From Octopus vulgaris (lineage: Eukaryota), in contig OX597829.1 of assembly GCA_951406725.2 (NCBI GenBank), forward strand, positions 34,658,001 to 34,722,000: a stretch of 64,000 nucleotides of DNA, written 5' to 3'. The notes below the pieces were generated by a model. It searched no databases, was not told where the DNA came from, and saw nothing but the letters and a program-made list of their open reading frames with translations. The position numbers and the translations under genes are program-made. This document shows, one piece after another, positions 10,714 to 24,500 of this stretch; the first letter of the stretch is position 1, and every line of letters begins with the position of its first letter.

Positions 10714-13700
10714 CCCTTTAGTGTTCAAATCGACCAAAATTAATTCCCCTTTATTTGTTCAATCTGGTCGTATCTGGCTGCTCTACAAAATCGTGAAAAA
10801 AATAAGCAAATTATGTTATTGAATTCTCGTAGCTTTGAGATAATGCGAGATGAAGCCTTTCCCACCTTTATTCAAATTGTTTAGACCACATGGTTTTTGC
10901 AACATTTGTTCAACATTCTGGTGAGATGAAGTTTGTTTATTACTGTTGTTTGAATTGTTGGTTGTTTTGTGCTGCTTTGCAGCAGTTTTCTAGTTGTGCT
11001 TTCTCTCAATAAAATTGAAAGAAGCCATGACAAAAAGGATGTTTTATTTGGACCTTAGTGATTCTGAATCATCCTCTTCGGAGGAAGAACTGGTTCTTGC
11101 AGTCGGCAGAATGGATGTCTAAAAAGGAAGAGCTTCACAGAAGCGACAGAAATAAAAGAAAAAATGGCATGTAGAATGGGTGGTGGTGTTAAGCTGTCAC
11201 CCTCCCAGAAGATACTGGACAAAACAGACAGGAAGACTGTATACTCGGTGGAGGAAAGGAAAACTGAACATATGGAGGCTGAAGTTATAGAGAGAGCATT
11301 GTGCTCAGTCTGGCAAGACATAACATATCTGGCCAGAAGGAACAAATTCAGAACTATTATAGTCCATTACAAGATGGAAGACAAAGCTAAGGAAAATGCT
11401 ACAAGCACAGTAAAAGCAGACAAAGTAGTCCTTCTACCCACTTATTTGGGAAGAAGGATTTCAAGGATTAGGGTGGAAGGAATTCCACCGGAAATTGATG
11501 TGGCTTGGATTATGGCGGCTGTTCTTCTGGGAAGTGAGGAAGAAGTAGCTGTCCCCCAAGCCACAAAGATGGAAGGCTCAGTTTTGGAAAGGACTAACAA
11601 TGGATCTGTTTGTACAGGCTGCAGTGGAGACACTCGAAAATTTGGTGGAGATATGGTGTTGAAAGTGTGGGTGGAGGGCAGGACCCCCTTGTTGCTTTAA
11701 ATGTAGCCCAAAAGGCCACATTAGAGCACACTGCCCTCTGCAAAAGCAGACTATGGAAAGGATGAACGAGAAGTCGGAAAAGAAGCAAGGGGAGGAAAAG
11801 GAAAGAGAGGAAGAATGAAAAATTGCGGAAGGAAGAAGGAAAAAGAGGAAAAAATAACAGTGTGATGTGGAACCCCAAAGCTCGCCAACCCCACCCATCC
11901 CCCTCCTATACAATCCAAAAAGAAAAAAGAAATGTAATCACAACAAAGTACAAAGAATTCCCTCCCTGTGAAGTAAATTATGTTTGTATACTGACAGACA
12001 ATGAGAATATGAAAATAGGAAACTAATTTGGAAGGTAACAAGTTGGAAGACAGCAAAAATGATTCATACAGAAGGATATAAGAATACAATAGGGTGGCAC
12101 ATGTGTGTGCTGCTTTCAGAAAAGCAGATAGAAGAGGTGAAAAAATACAAAAAAAGTTTTACGTTCTTGAAGATCAATACAGACATAAAAAGGATACCAG
12201 GCAACATAGGGTATGAGGAACTATTGGTGTAATTTGGTGTTGATGTGGTAAAAGGACTCCCAAGGAAATAAGTGATGCTGCTTGTGATGGGGCAAGCAGC
12301 ACATTTCCATTTTCTCATTCTCATTATTCATTCATATTATCATTTTTATAATTTTATTTGAATTCTATTTTAATTATTTTGTGTTATATGTCCCCACATG
12401 TGTTTGTGCTGTCTCCTCTTTGTTAGGCTCCTTGTGGGAAATAAAGAAATAATAGTTTTTGCAACATTTGAAGAGAAGTCTGTAGCTTAGTTTTTAATGA
12501 AATGGCCACATGGTCAAAGATTACAACACCAATCACTACTCCTGATTTCACAGTAAACACTGGTCCACAACACAATTTACCTCCTGATGCTCAACCATTC
12601 GACTATCTATTTTTATTTTTACCAGAAAGTTTTTTTTTGAAAATGTTATGGAGGAAACAAACAAATATGCACAACGTATAATTTCTATTTGCGGAAGAAA
12701 TGATCCACTATGGCAGCCAACTTATACTGTGGAAATGAGTGTTTTTCACAATTAATATTATGTTTGGTGTTAAACAGCTTCCTCGACTGATATAAGGTAT
12801 ATGGAGATCCGTATATCTCAAGTATAATGTTGAAGATGAGGTATTTGAAAATATCTCAGTATTTACATTTAATTGATACTGCTAATGCCCCCAGCAAAAA
12901 CAACCCTAACTACAATCCCCTGTACAAAGTACATCCTGTAACTGATTTACTCCTTAATAATTATAAAACTGTGTATCTACCTGGTAAAAATCTCAGTGTA
13001 GATGAAGCCATGATAGGCTATAAGGGCAGAATGCATTTTCGGCAGTACATGCCTGCCAAACCCACTAAATAGGGGATCAAGGTAAGGGAAGTTTGTGAAT
13101 CAGACACTGGATACTGTGTAAACTTCGATGTTTGCACAAGGAAAAAATATAATGGAAACAGACCATATGGATTGGGACATGATGTAGTATGGTCTCTTAC
13201 TGAACCATTTCACCATCAGCACTGACACCTCTATTTTGACCGTTTTTTTTTTCTTCAGTGGCTTTGGCAGAAAATCTTGCCCGTGTTAGTATTTACACAT
13301 GCAGTACTGTCATGGGTTTACCCTGTGAAATGAAAACAAAATTTCAAAAAAGAGGGGACATTTTACAAATGCTAAAGGAAAATTTATTAGCTACTGCTTT
13401 CAAAGACAAAAGGCAGATTTTATTTCTGTCTACTAATGAACAACCTGGTGTTGGTGCTGAGGGGAAACTCCTGGTGAATATTTGTTATAACAAATATATG
13501 GGTGGGGTTGATAAATCTGACCAATATCAGGCATATTACCCAGTTGGTCGACTTGGGAAGAAATGGTGGAGGTACATTTTTTTTTTTTTTAGTTAATTCA
13601 TATATTGTAAATGTAAAAAGCCACATGGTACCTCTGCCAACAAAGGACTACGTCCATATAAAATTTTCAGTTGACATCACATCTCAGTTATGTGGGTGCT

Positions 13701-14591
13701 TTTCTTCTAGAAAGCACAGAACTGGGAGAAAAGCAAAATTAACTGAAGTGGATGTTAACAGAGAAAATATTGACTTTCATAAAGTTGAAAAGATAAATAG
13801 AAGAAAAAAGTTTGCAGCAAAAAAGAAAAACTGCAAAAGGGTATTAGATTGAGACTTTGTATATGTGTTCCTTTTGCAAAGTACCCATATGTAAAGTGTC
13901 AACCCAGAAATATGTCATAACTATATTATTTTATCATATATTCCTTTTCATTTTATTACAAATAATATGTGAAAGCGAGAAATACATATTAATATTCAGT
14001 ATGTTGCACACCTGCATTCACCTTTGTCTCACCTGTTAATGAGCTTTTTATTAGATGCATTGTGTTACGTAAATGAATTCATTAAATTGTATAAGCATAC
14101 ATAGCCAATGGTATATTGACCAGTAAAAGAGTTTTGTAATTTATTTTCAATGAAAATATTTAAATGAAATATAGAGAAAGAATAAAATCTTGTACTGATT
14201 ACACCTGTATTTTAATTAATTCAAATTAATGTACTCGTCTTGAAAAATGTAAAATTGTTGGCGGTTGACATCTGGGATAATTTTAGTAACAAATCAAACA
14301 GGTAAGATGTATTAAGAATATGAATTTTAGTGTTTATTCATAATGTTATTGCTTTTACACCTGTTAATTAACTTTACCTGCCCATAAAAGTAAAATTTAA
14401 TCAGAAATATCAGCTAAAATTATGTAACTATAAACCACTGGCATATAAGCACCCATTTGCAAAATTTCAAATCTATATGTAGAAAATTAACAAAGTTACA
14501 AGCAAATATTGTGGACACCCCTTTTGAATCTGAATAAATAAAAATTAATGTGAACAGATAAGCATTACATTCAACAAATTAATCTGAAGGG
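10714..14591 (+). mobile_element. Decayed piggyBac DNA transposon (PGBD4-like transposase pseudogene at about 12500-13900)
   Basis: TTAA TSDs at 10710-10713 and 14592-14595; ends ccctttag / ctgaaggg. Transposase motifs LSVDEAMIGYKGR.HFRQYMPAKPTK*GIK, YNKYMGGVDKSDQ, KKWWRYIFF and Cys-rich C-terminus CSFCKVPIC, with stops and frameshifts. Confidence 0.9.
10909..12454 (+). mobile_element. ORF1-only non-LTR retroelement (HAL1-like) nested in the piggyBac
   Basis: 16-bp TSD gtttttgcaacatttg at 10893-10908 and 12455-12470. ORF 11164-11700 has an RRM-like RIRVEGIPPEI and, after a frameshift, a CX2CX4HX4C knuckle (CFKCSPKGHIRAHC). A-rich tail aataaagaaataata. No RT recognised. Confidence 0.75.
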
Positions 14592-14724
14592 TTAAATTCC
14601 TTGAAGAACATGCAAGGTGATTTTTTTAATGGTAAAAATCTGTCCTAATTTGAATTTGTATGTTGTGTTTTCAATGAGATTAATGCAGGTCCCTTTAAAA
14701 TTGCATCAATCTTATTGAAGGCAC

Positions 14725-15006
14725 AACATATACACTATCAAATGTCAAGAATGTAATCAAGATTACATAAGTCAAACAAAGTTTACTATAAGAAGTAGAC
14801 TGACTGTTCACTGACAACAGATATGAGATCCCAGTACTAGACAGATTCCTCTGGGTGGACACATAGACATCTGTGTGAAAATTAAGTCCCCTTAATTCCA
14901 GGTCTTCCCACTCTATCTGAGTTCAGTGAATACCACAGATGAAGCATGGATAAACAAAGAGAAAAATTGCATACAAAAGTACAAACCCAGACTTAACAAA
15001 TTTTAA
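14725..15006 (+). mobile_element. Penelope-like element GIY-YIG endonuclease relic
   Basis: One frame with stops: NIYTIKCQECNQDYISQT...RSRLTVH*QQI...GHIDIC...KEKNCIQKYKPRLN. Confidence 0.7.
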
Positions 15007-15485
15007 CAAAGTACATACTTTGATGATGATATATATATCCCATCATTATCATTGGGACAAATTGATGAAGGCTAATCTCAGGATCTTGAACCATATGGAA
15101 GAGATGACAAAGAACTGGGATGGCTGACAATATACAATACTTGGGAAGACTCACTCACCTCAACAAATTGAGATAACTGGAAGTGCTGTATGTGTATATG
15201 CACAAGTGTCCTTTCCCAGTTTACTCCTCAAGCCATTCCCATCACCCATCTTTCTAACTCCAGTATTCAACTGCTATTGTGAGCAAAACTGCACCCGTTA
15301 CCAGTATTTCCCTGATTCACTTACCTTTCTCACTACCCAGAACCATTTCTTTTGATGTGTAACTGTCATTCTTAATTCTGTTGTCTCCACCCATTTTGTA
15401 GTGACCACCTTTGTGTACCATCCAATTATCTTTCCTTCTCCATCTCTCTGTAACCTACCCAACCACACAGCACTCATCTCTTTCT

Positions 15486-15516
<31 letters not shown>

Positions 15517-15957
15517 ATCCTCTGTGTGCACAGTACCATTATTACTATTCCTCTACTCTTCATTCCTTTCTGTACTCTCAGACTTTTTCTCTTCACTGCC
15601 TCCCTGCAACTTATGTATCGAAATATCACATGATGGTTGTAAATGAATTTTATCATATAGGCAGTGTTGTTCATTTCCAGTCTTCCATGAAAAACATATC
15701 TGACCATAAGGAAATATTACCTTGTTTGGAAACAGGTGAGGGTTGGAGACAGGAAAAGCATTTGACTCTTGTGAATATGAAAAAGTAGATTTCAAATGAT
15801 GGTATGTGTGTGTGAGTGTCAGAATAATATTTTAAGAAAGATCTTAAACTTGTAATTATATTTCAAAAAATCTTAAAAAATAGAATGATGCATATGTATG
15901 TATGTATGTAAATATGTGTGTATATACACACACACACACATATATTTACATGTACAT

Positions 15958-16257
15958 GCACAGGCATGGCTTGTGGTGAAAAGTTTGCTTCCCCACCATG
16001 TTGTCCTGGGTTCAGTCCCACTGCATGCCACCTTGGGCAAGTGTGTTCTACTATAGCCTTGGGCTGACCAAAGCCTTGTGAGTGTATTTAGTAGTCAGTA
16101 TCTGAAAAAAAAAGCACTTTGTATGTATGTATGTATGTATGTATGTATGTACATACGTACATACATTCATACATATATACATAGTGCTTTTTTCAGTTCC
16201 TGACTACTAAATGCACTCACAAGGCTTTGGTCAGCCCGAGGCTATAGTAGAACACAC
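15958..16257 (+). mobile_element. SINE family C (tRNA head + CORE-like accttgggcaagt) with fold-back duplication
   Basis: Reads gcaggcatggct...gggttcagtccc...accttgggcaagt. Other copies near 24975-25360, 54456-54838, 61510-61925 (-) and 43195-43370 (-). Confidence 0.7.
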
Positions 16258-16269
16258 ATATGTACGTAC

Positions 16270-17075
16270 ATTCAGGCTATAAATTTGACAGTTTGCATAA
16301 AAAGAAAAGGAAATACAATATCCTATCAAAAATATTTTAAAAATCGAAAAATATCATCTACATTATGGCAAGGCATGTAGCCTCAGTTTCCACCATAGCC
16401 ACAAGACAGTTCTGGGACCTGGCACATGTATTCCTCACTGTGTCTCTGCAAAGATCTTTGAACACCTTCTTGATCTTGGTGTTGTAGGCAGAGCAGTTGG
16501 TGTATCTCTCCACTGCATCCACACATGGGATTACAATCAGGGAATTCTCAGCAATTCTCCAACAACCACTTCTGACTCTTTCCAGAGGATTGGCTAGGAG
16601 TTGAATCCTGCTACTACATATATGGCCTTCCAGCAGCAATCCTCTCCAGTCAGGGATTGACCACAGAATCGAGCAGCTTCATAAAGCCATTTGAATTGAG
16701 CCTAAGGCCCGGTTCAAAGATATGAGGATGAACTCCGGCATGTGGACAGTCAGAACACCTGCTGTGTCCCTATCAACTCGCCATGGCTTCATAGTCTCCA
16801 TTGCAGCTGTCTGTGTCATGTCTTACAGCCTTTACAGTGTTCACAGAGCATTGAGCATCAGTCATGATGTCAGCATTTTGATAGCCACTATGAATCATCA
16901 TGATACAGGTAACTCTTTTCCAATATTCAGATGGCTTCCAGTCCTCCATGTCAGCTAACCTTTTCCCCAACTACAACTTTAATCTTTTGCTCTCCAATAC
17001 CATTTTTACTGTTCACCAATACACTGAGCTATTCTTGAAAAAAAGGAGATAAAAATCATCAAATTTATCTCAAAA
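16270..17075 (-). mobile_element. Internally deleted Tc1/mariner-superfamily (maT-like) transposon
   Basis: N-terminal HTH-like ORF 16773-16970. QQDS...SGKSQKWL...PDCNP motif remnants and a C-terminus KIKKVFKDL.RDTVRNTCARS...AMVE. Confidence 0.7.
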
Positions 17076-17350
17076 CAGTTTGTGTATATATCTGTGTGTG
17101 TGTATGTGTTTGTGTCTGTGTTTGTCTTCCACTACTACTTGGCAACCAGTGTAAGTGTGTTTACATCCCTGTAATTTAGCAATTCAATGATAGGCACTGG
17201 TAAAATAAGTACCAAGCCTAAAAAGATATGTCCTGGAGTTAATTTGTTCAACTAAAATTCTACAAGGTGGTGCCCCAGGAAGGCTGTAGTCTAATGGTTG
17301 AAATAAGTAATGGATTAAAGATAAAAACATGAAGGTATACATACATTTTT

Positions 17351-17700
17351 TGTTGTGTCTGGGGAGAGTCATTCCCTTTTAGTGCCTTATTATTTAACAC
17401 ACACACCGGTAAAGTTTCCACTTGTTTACTTATTTATTTTTCTAAAATTTTTGTTACGTCTAGCAACCTTTTCAATAGAATGTCTCAGATAATGAACAGA
17501 GTTAACAACTGTTGGAAAGGTTGCAAGACGCAACGAAAATTTTAAGAAAAATGAATAAGTAAATGAATGGAAACTTTACTGGTGAGTGTATTAAATAATA
17601 AGTCACTAAAAGAGAATGGCTCTCCCCAGACACAACAAAATATGTTTCAACACTCAAACTCACATAAAGAATCTTGCAAACCAAATCCAAAAATGAAAAG
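17351..17700. mobile_element. Fold-back repeat family, copy 1
   Basis: Long inverted arms tgttgtgtctggggagagtca.../...tctccccagacacaaca plus a one-sided tail. Other copies at 28695 and 33138. Confidence 0.8.
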
Positions 17701-18043
17701 AAATATACATGTTTGGTGAGAAAATTGGACAATAGAGGTGTCAGTATACTATAAGTTAATTTTGTTGAAAATATTATTGCCAAGTTGACTAGTTATTTTT
17801 AAGTTATGATTTTAAGTGGAAGAGTTCTTTTAGAAATTAAACGATCTTAAGAGTTAATGTCTACATCAGAATTTGCTGATTTCTTCAATTAAGTAAAATT
17901 TTAAGTAAAAAGTTTTTAAGTCCTTCTGCTTTCCAAAGCCTACACTCTTTTTATTTTCTGTGTATGCCTGTGCAGTGGCTACAATACTCCATTGTAGTTT
18001 TAAAATAATACTCTTAGACCCTAAATTTGATCTTTATATCCTA

Positions 18044-18556
18044 CTAGCAGTATCGCCCGGCGTTGCTCGGGTTTGTAAGGGAAATAACTATATAAGCATT
18101 TTTAGAGAGTTACTTCCCTTGTAGATGCCAATTCGGGCTTTCTTAGTCATTTCTGTTTTGGTGTCTTCAAGCCATGAAGTCGTTGTTCTAAAAGAACGCT
18201 GGTCTCCTTGACAACGCTTTACGACGTTGATTTCCTTACACTCCCTTCCCCACAGCTTCACGAGGGAGGGAAGAAGGGGGAGAAGCAAACAGGTGCAGGT
18301 GTGAGCGTGGACGCCAACTCCGCCGCCATCAACACACGAAAAATTATGCATTAAAATGGAATAAAAAATGATGTTAAATTATTTTTTAAATCGTAGACTC
18401 ATCGTAGACGCGCGCTAATACTCAGACGGGCTCGATATGAATCACGACTATAAGATACCCGAATTTGGTTAAACTGCACCGCAAAATGTGGGAGTAGTTA
18501 GGAATCTAAATTGAAGGGGACAGACACTCACACAACTACAGTTTTATATATATAGA
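18044..18556 (-). mobile_element. Non-autonomous Helitron
   Basis: Minus strand has 5' TC(tatatatataaaactg), a 3' GC hairpin cccgagcaacgccggg followed by CTAG, and sits between A and T with no TSD. Confidence 0.88.
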
Positions 18557-21500
18557 TTAGTGAAATTGCTTACATAATGTTTTGTTATTAAATGTTTATT
18601 TGAGCATATAGCAGCCCTTAAATGGGTTTGATGTGGAGCTTGTATTATTTCAATTGTCATTTTATTTTTGTTACATTGCATTTGTATATTGCATTGCATA
18701 AGAGTTACTTACTTTCTATGTAACAAGGAATGGTTGTTCTATAGTTACAGGTAAGGGTGATTATTTGAGTTTTGTGAAATTCCTGTAAACTTGTATTTTT
18801 CCAAACTGTTAATTAGGTTTTTGTTCCTTAATGTTTCTAATACTATTACTACTTGTAGTCAGGTCAGAGATTTCATTACAGGCTGATGAGACATGCTACT
18901 GTAAATCAGTACTATTTATTCCGTGGTCAAATGGTCAGTGACTAACCCAGCTCCCCTACTTGAGTAGGTTGCCATTCTTGTGGGGAAAATATCTGGACAC
19001 CTAGCTGGACCTATGCAAGAGTGGATACCCTTCCTGTGGGTCAACAGCCATTCATTTGGGATTGGCAATGGCAAGCCACTCTAATATCCTTGCCAAGAAA
19101 ACATTATGAGAAGGTCAGGCTTCATTTGATGGGAGAGCTCACACTTAATCAGGAATATTTCCGTCGTAGTGTCATCAATGCACTGCAAACGTGTACAATA
19201 CATGACAATGAGGACTATTACAACTACTTTGTTTAGTTCTGGTGTTAGTGCTTATGGTATTATTTTTAAGATTGCTGTTTTTGACTTGGATATATGAAAA
19301 CTTTTCAATGTGAAAAAGTAGTGTTAGCTTTTTCGTGTCACTGGCATGGATGCTTTTTATGTACCAGTGGCAAAGGTGCCTTTTACATGTCACTGGTGTG
19401 GAAGCCTTTTGTGTCACCATTTTCACTAAGCTTCACAAGTCTTCTCAAGCACAGCAAATCACCAACTGTCATGGTCACTTGTCATCACCTCCCTGAGACT
19501 CAACATCCAAAGATCATATTTCACCACCTCACCCCATGTCTTCATGGATCTACGCCCCACAGTTAGAGATGTAGACAAATATTGTATTAAACTCCAGCAA
19601 ATTAGTATCATGTCCAACCTATTCTATTTGAGAGCTACTTATCAAGAAAAGCAATAACCTACAATAAGGAATGCGACACTGATGATAAATCTAGGAATAT
19701 TTTGTTGAATTTGCTCCATTTCTCAAAGAAAGTGCATCAACCAAGAATGCTAATTTTAATCTGATTAATAATCATTATTTCTTCTACTTCTATTACTAGT
19801 ATCCTAAACTGCTGGAAATTGTATACATACTCTCTCATCATAATGTTTCTTTCTCTCTCCCTCCCTCTTTCTCTCCTTTCTCTTCCCCCTCTCTCTTGTT
19901 CTGTCTCTTGCATTCTCTTTATTGTTTCATTTATATATCTAATCTCTCAACAGCTCCTTCTGTGTAAATTCTTACCCTTCCCAGAACAATGTTACACTAT
20001 GAGCACCTTTTGAAGCATTATTAGCTACATACTGTGAAGGTGAGCCAGCTAGCAGGTATCAAGGAGAGTAGTAACTATAAATAAAGCTCTTCATGGAAGA
20101 GACATGGACTGGGCGAATGGCAGAGAAGGCTCCCACTGTCTGGGGGTGAGAATTTTGTGAGAGGAAGAAATAAGTTCTGCACGTCACAGTGAAGACCAAC
20201 ATATATAGAAGAGCCATAGCTGGATAAAAATCTTCTGCTTGTAGAAGACAGAGGTGAGCTGCAATGATAGCAATCCACCTAAGACAGAGTAAAAAGCAAT
20301 ACAATGTAAAAAGAACTTTTCAGTCCTGTCAGACAATCTCTTTAATATGAGTAACACAATAGAATGGTTGTTAAAATATGTTGTAAAGTGGTTTGTGATA
20401 GGTGGGGCATCCAACAATAGAATCATTGAAAATGTTGCAGTCTTATCAATGAAAATCCTTAATAATTTATTCGCTATGACATCATGTTAGGGATACACAA
20501 AATAGTAAAGTGGGGAGGTAAGAACATCTGCCTATGTGTGAGAACTCTTCAACTATCATCAAACAATTGCACCAACTCTCTACCTTTCAGATGCAGAAAA
20601 TAGACACCAAATAACCAAAACATTACCAGAAACTCCTCTCTCCCTCACAAGTGTAAAACATCAGGGCTGCCACCATCAATGTTGGCATAATAAAAGGTAG
20701 GTTTGGAGAGATTGTAGAGTGGAGGCAAGTAATCGTGTGCTGTGTACAAGAGGTGAAATGCAGGGGAACGTAACAGACTCATCATGGGTAAGAAATACAG
20801 GGACAAATTATACTTAGTGGATAACAGCTCTGAAATTGTTAAAGTAAACATATTGTTGGCAGAGAAAAGTATAAAGTAATTGAGGTTGTCAAGGTTATGT
20901 GACAGAATAATAAAGCTTAGAGCAGCCATAAGCAATTTAGTTACTTCTTTGCTGAACACTTCTTTTGTGGTGATGCTGTAAACAAATGATGACTCTGTAA
21001 ACCAATTCTTGCAATTCTTAACAGCATTGACTTCATGATAATGTTGGTGAGGGTGACTTAGATATGAGATAAAGCTGCCACTGACAAGTCATAGACAATA
21101 GAACAGCAACAGTCATCTCTGCATGAGCACCACAATCAAAATTGACTGATGAACTAAAAGAATCACATGTGAGGCTCTCTCTCCTTTTGATTTCCTCACT
21201 AACAGATGAGTGATACTTTAATATCATAGTTGATGATTTTAATGGGTATGCTGGGCAACACTTTGATGGCTATACTGATATACATGGAAACCATGTTTAT
21301 AGTATACAGAATGAAGAGGGATCATGATGCTTTAGAGTATTGTGATTCAAATGACCTATTTGCAACACTGACTTGAAAACCTGATGAGGTGGGTGATGGT
21401 TGTCTAATCAGTCAAACTTACAAACCACATAGGCATTGTACCTATCCAGAAACAGGATAGATGAATCCCTGGAAATATACTACTTGACATCAACTAGTGA

Positions 21501-24500
21501 TTAGTAACATCAGCTTAGCAAGATTTGGATGGATTCAAGAGACAATGTGCAGAAGAAAGTCATGGAAGCTGACAAATCCCTCTGATGGGTTTTGATTCAA
21601 AGAAGAAGCACTAAGTAGTACCTTTCTCAATTAGGCAGAGGACATAAAACTCTGTAAAATAAAAGACAACTGTAAAGTTTGTACATGACAATCTACTGTG
21701 AGCTACAACTCAGATTTGTAACTGGAGCACAATTCCAGTTAGATGAAAAGTAACATGTTAGAGTAATGGTTTAACAGATAGAGACATAAAAGCTAATTGG
21801 AAAGAATGAAAGAAAATGAAAAGAGGCTTGATGTTAGGTATATTTTGCTAGGAGAGATATAGGAGGTAAGATATTTACCAATGTTCTGCAATTAGGTCTA
21901 GATGAATTTGTTCTGAAAGCAGCCCCACCTCTGTTTACTATCCACCCATGTAGATCTGATCACTTATACCCTTTGCTTTTATCCATTATTCACACTCTTT
22001 CAATCTTACACATCCTTGCTGATATTTCTATCTCCATGCTCTCTTCTAATCACCTTACTGGGTATGTTCTGGCCCCTCACCCCCACCACATTTACTTCTC
22101 TTTGTAGCTCCATTCCAGTCATCCTCACACATACGTGTAGAATACAGTGTAGCCATGAGCTTTATTTGCAACAAACCTGTCCCTACTCCTCTTAACATTT
22201 TGCATAAAGCAGCCATTCTATTTCCTATCCTTTTCCTCAAAGAAGGAACTCTTTAGTCATGCATGTTACAAGACAACCTCACTGTACTGGTGTTGCAAAA
22301 AAAATGCACGCAGAACACTCTTTAAAATGGTTGGTGTTAGGAAGGGCTTCCAGCCTTAGAAGCCATGCCAAACCTGAAACATTTGAATCACAATGTTGTC
22401 CTCTGATCCACTGAATCTTAAGCAACCATCCAACCCATGCCAGCATAAAAAGTGGGTACAAAAATAATGATGATGAGCTGTGGAAACCAGATGTAGAAAT
22501 GATGCCACAAAATAAAGTTAGCAACGATTTTGGCTTAGAATTGTCCAGGTAGATTTTCTAATATGGCTCAACTCTCCCCCTCCTCTCTTGTTTATTTATA
22601 GTTCTCAAGGCTGTAACTCTGAAGTTTTAAGACCAGCTGTCTGTGACGAACTTCAGTATACAGTAATCACTTGCCGTATCGTGGTTCACCTATTGTGCCC
22701 TCGGTACATCATGGATTTTTCTAACTAATATATACTCTTTTACTTGCTTCAGTCATTTGACTGCGGTCATGCTGGAGCACCGCCTTTAGTTGCAGACTCC
22801 ATATCGTGTGTTTCTGCAGCCAATAGGCATTTACAGTTTTTTAGATTATAATTATTTCTGTGGTAAAAATAAGCATTTTCATGCCTATAAATTATTAATA
22901 AATAAAAATACCATCGAGGGATTGTTGTACTGATAATCTAGGTCTCTTTGTTCAGTTTGATAAAAGTATTTGAGAATAGACTGTAAATCTGGAAGCACTT
23001 ATTCCTCTTATACACAGACTTCTTTCAACTCAATGTCTACACTGGTTTTTATCTACTAGGATCAAAACCACTTGAAGTAATCTCACTGAAGACAAATGTT
23101 AGCAGGAAAGAAGACCAACTACCATCTGGGAAGTAGCCATGCTCAGTGTACAGAAAAGAGGTTACAGGAAGTTGCAACCTCAACTAAGAAGGACTTTGTA
23201 TGTAGTTGATAGTTATGAGTTATTAGTAATAAAAGTATACATAAAATTATTTTTTTAAATGCTTAGGAAACTCCTTAGAAGTAGTTGCTATCTTCTGTTG
23301 TTCAGGTAACGAAATTAACAGTGGAGGACAGTATTCTGAAAGTATAGTAAAAACAGAGTGGAAAAATTATTCAGTGAGCTTTTACCTGTGCCAGTAGCAA
23401 AGGAGTTCTCTCTCTAAGTGAAGAGCAGATTGTATGGTGGTTGGGTACAGATTGTATGGTGGTGAAACATGGACAGTGATTGTGAGGACTGGAAAGAAAT
23501 TAATAAAGCATGCTTTGTAATGGTGGGTGAAAGCAGAACACACATGAGCTGAAGAATATCTGTATATAAGAGAAATAGTAAGTCTTGTGCTAGAGAGAAG
23601 ATTAAACTGACGGGGACATGTAATGCACATAAAGTTTGACTGGTGGGTAAAGAAGTGCCATGTTATGCAACTAGAAGGAATCCGTTGAAGAGAAAAGCAT
23701 GGGCAGAAGTGTTGAAGCCTGATCTTATGAACATGATGCCAAATGACTGCAATTGCTGAGATGCAGTTCTAGATTTGTTGAACCTATGCAAGCAGAGAAA
23801 AAGATTATGATAATATGTGTGTGTACACATCATCATCATCATTACTTTTAACATGCACTTTTCCATGTTCGGACAGGTTCAAGACGTCTTCTCCAATTCA
23901 GCATCCTGTCACTTGTTTTCTTTTGTGACCTGTGTAAGATTCAGCTTCCTGAGATCAGCTTTCATTACTTCTACTCACATCTTCCTCAATTTCCTTTTCC
24001 TTAGTTTTACTTCAACATGGATCTCCTGATATTTCTTTACCCAATTGTCATCATCCATACTCATTACAGGGCCATACAGATGAGTTACAGATGTGATGAC
24101 ATGGATTTTAATTGTCCCAGAGGACACCGTTTTAACAAGTTTCAATTTAACTAGTATATTTACTAATATACTATATCTTGTCCTTATAGTAGACCTGCAC
24201 TTAGCATTGGAAGAAGACATCTATAATTCTGATGGGAAAACATATAGACACATAAAGTAAGTAGTCACAGACACAATAGTTGCACCCTTCTATGCTACCT
24301 TTATAATGATATTCCTATAGAAAAAAAAATTACACCACAAAATGAGATTATACCAAAAACTTTACAAATATAGGTGGAAATACTCTCTGATTACTTTATT
24401 TTTTGGAATACAAACATTTCATAACATTCTTAATGCTCTTCTCTCAACTATTAGATTCACAATGAAAAATAATTGTTTTTGCATATCCTCATAAAACACA

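Noticed and set aside
12827-13900. Domesticated PGBD4-like gene
   Set aside because: In-frame stops and frameshifts, with TIRs and TTAA TSDs retained, indicate a dead transposon.
19845-20045. Strong pyrimidine tract with AG acceptors and a nearby gtgagc donor in the 21-kb intron
   Set aside because: All frames hit a stop before the donor, so it is not a coding exon. A poison exon cannot be excluded but has no support.
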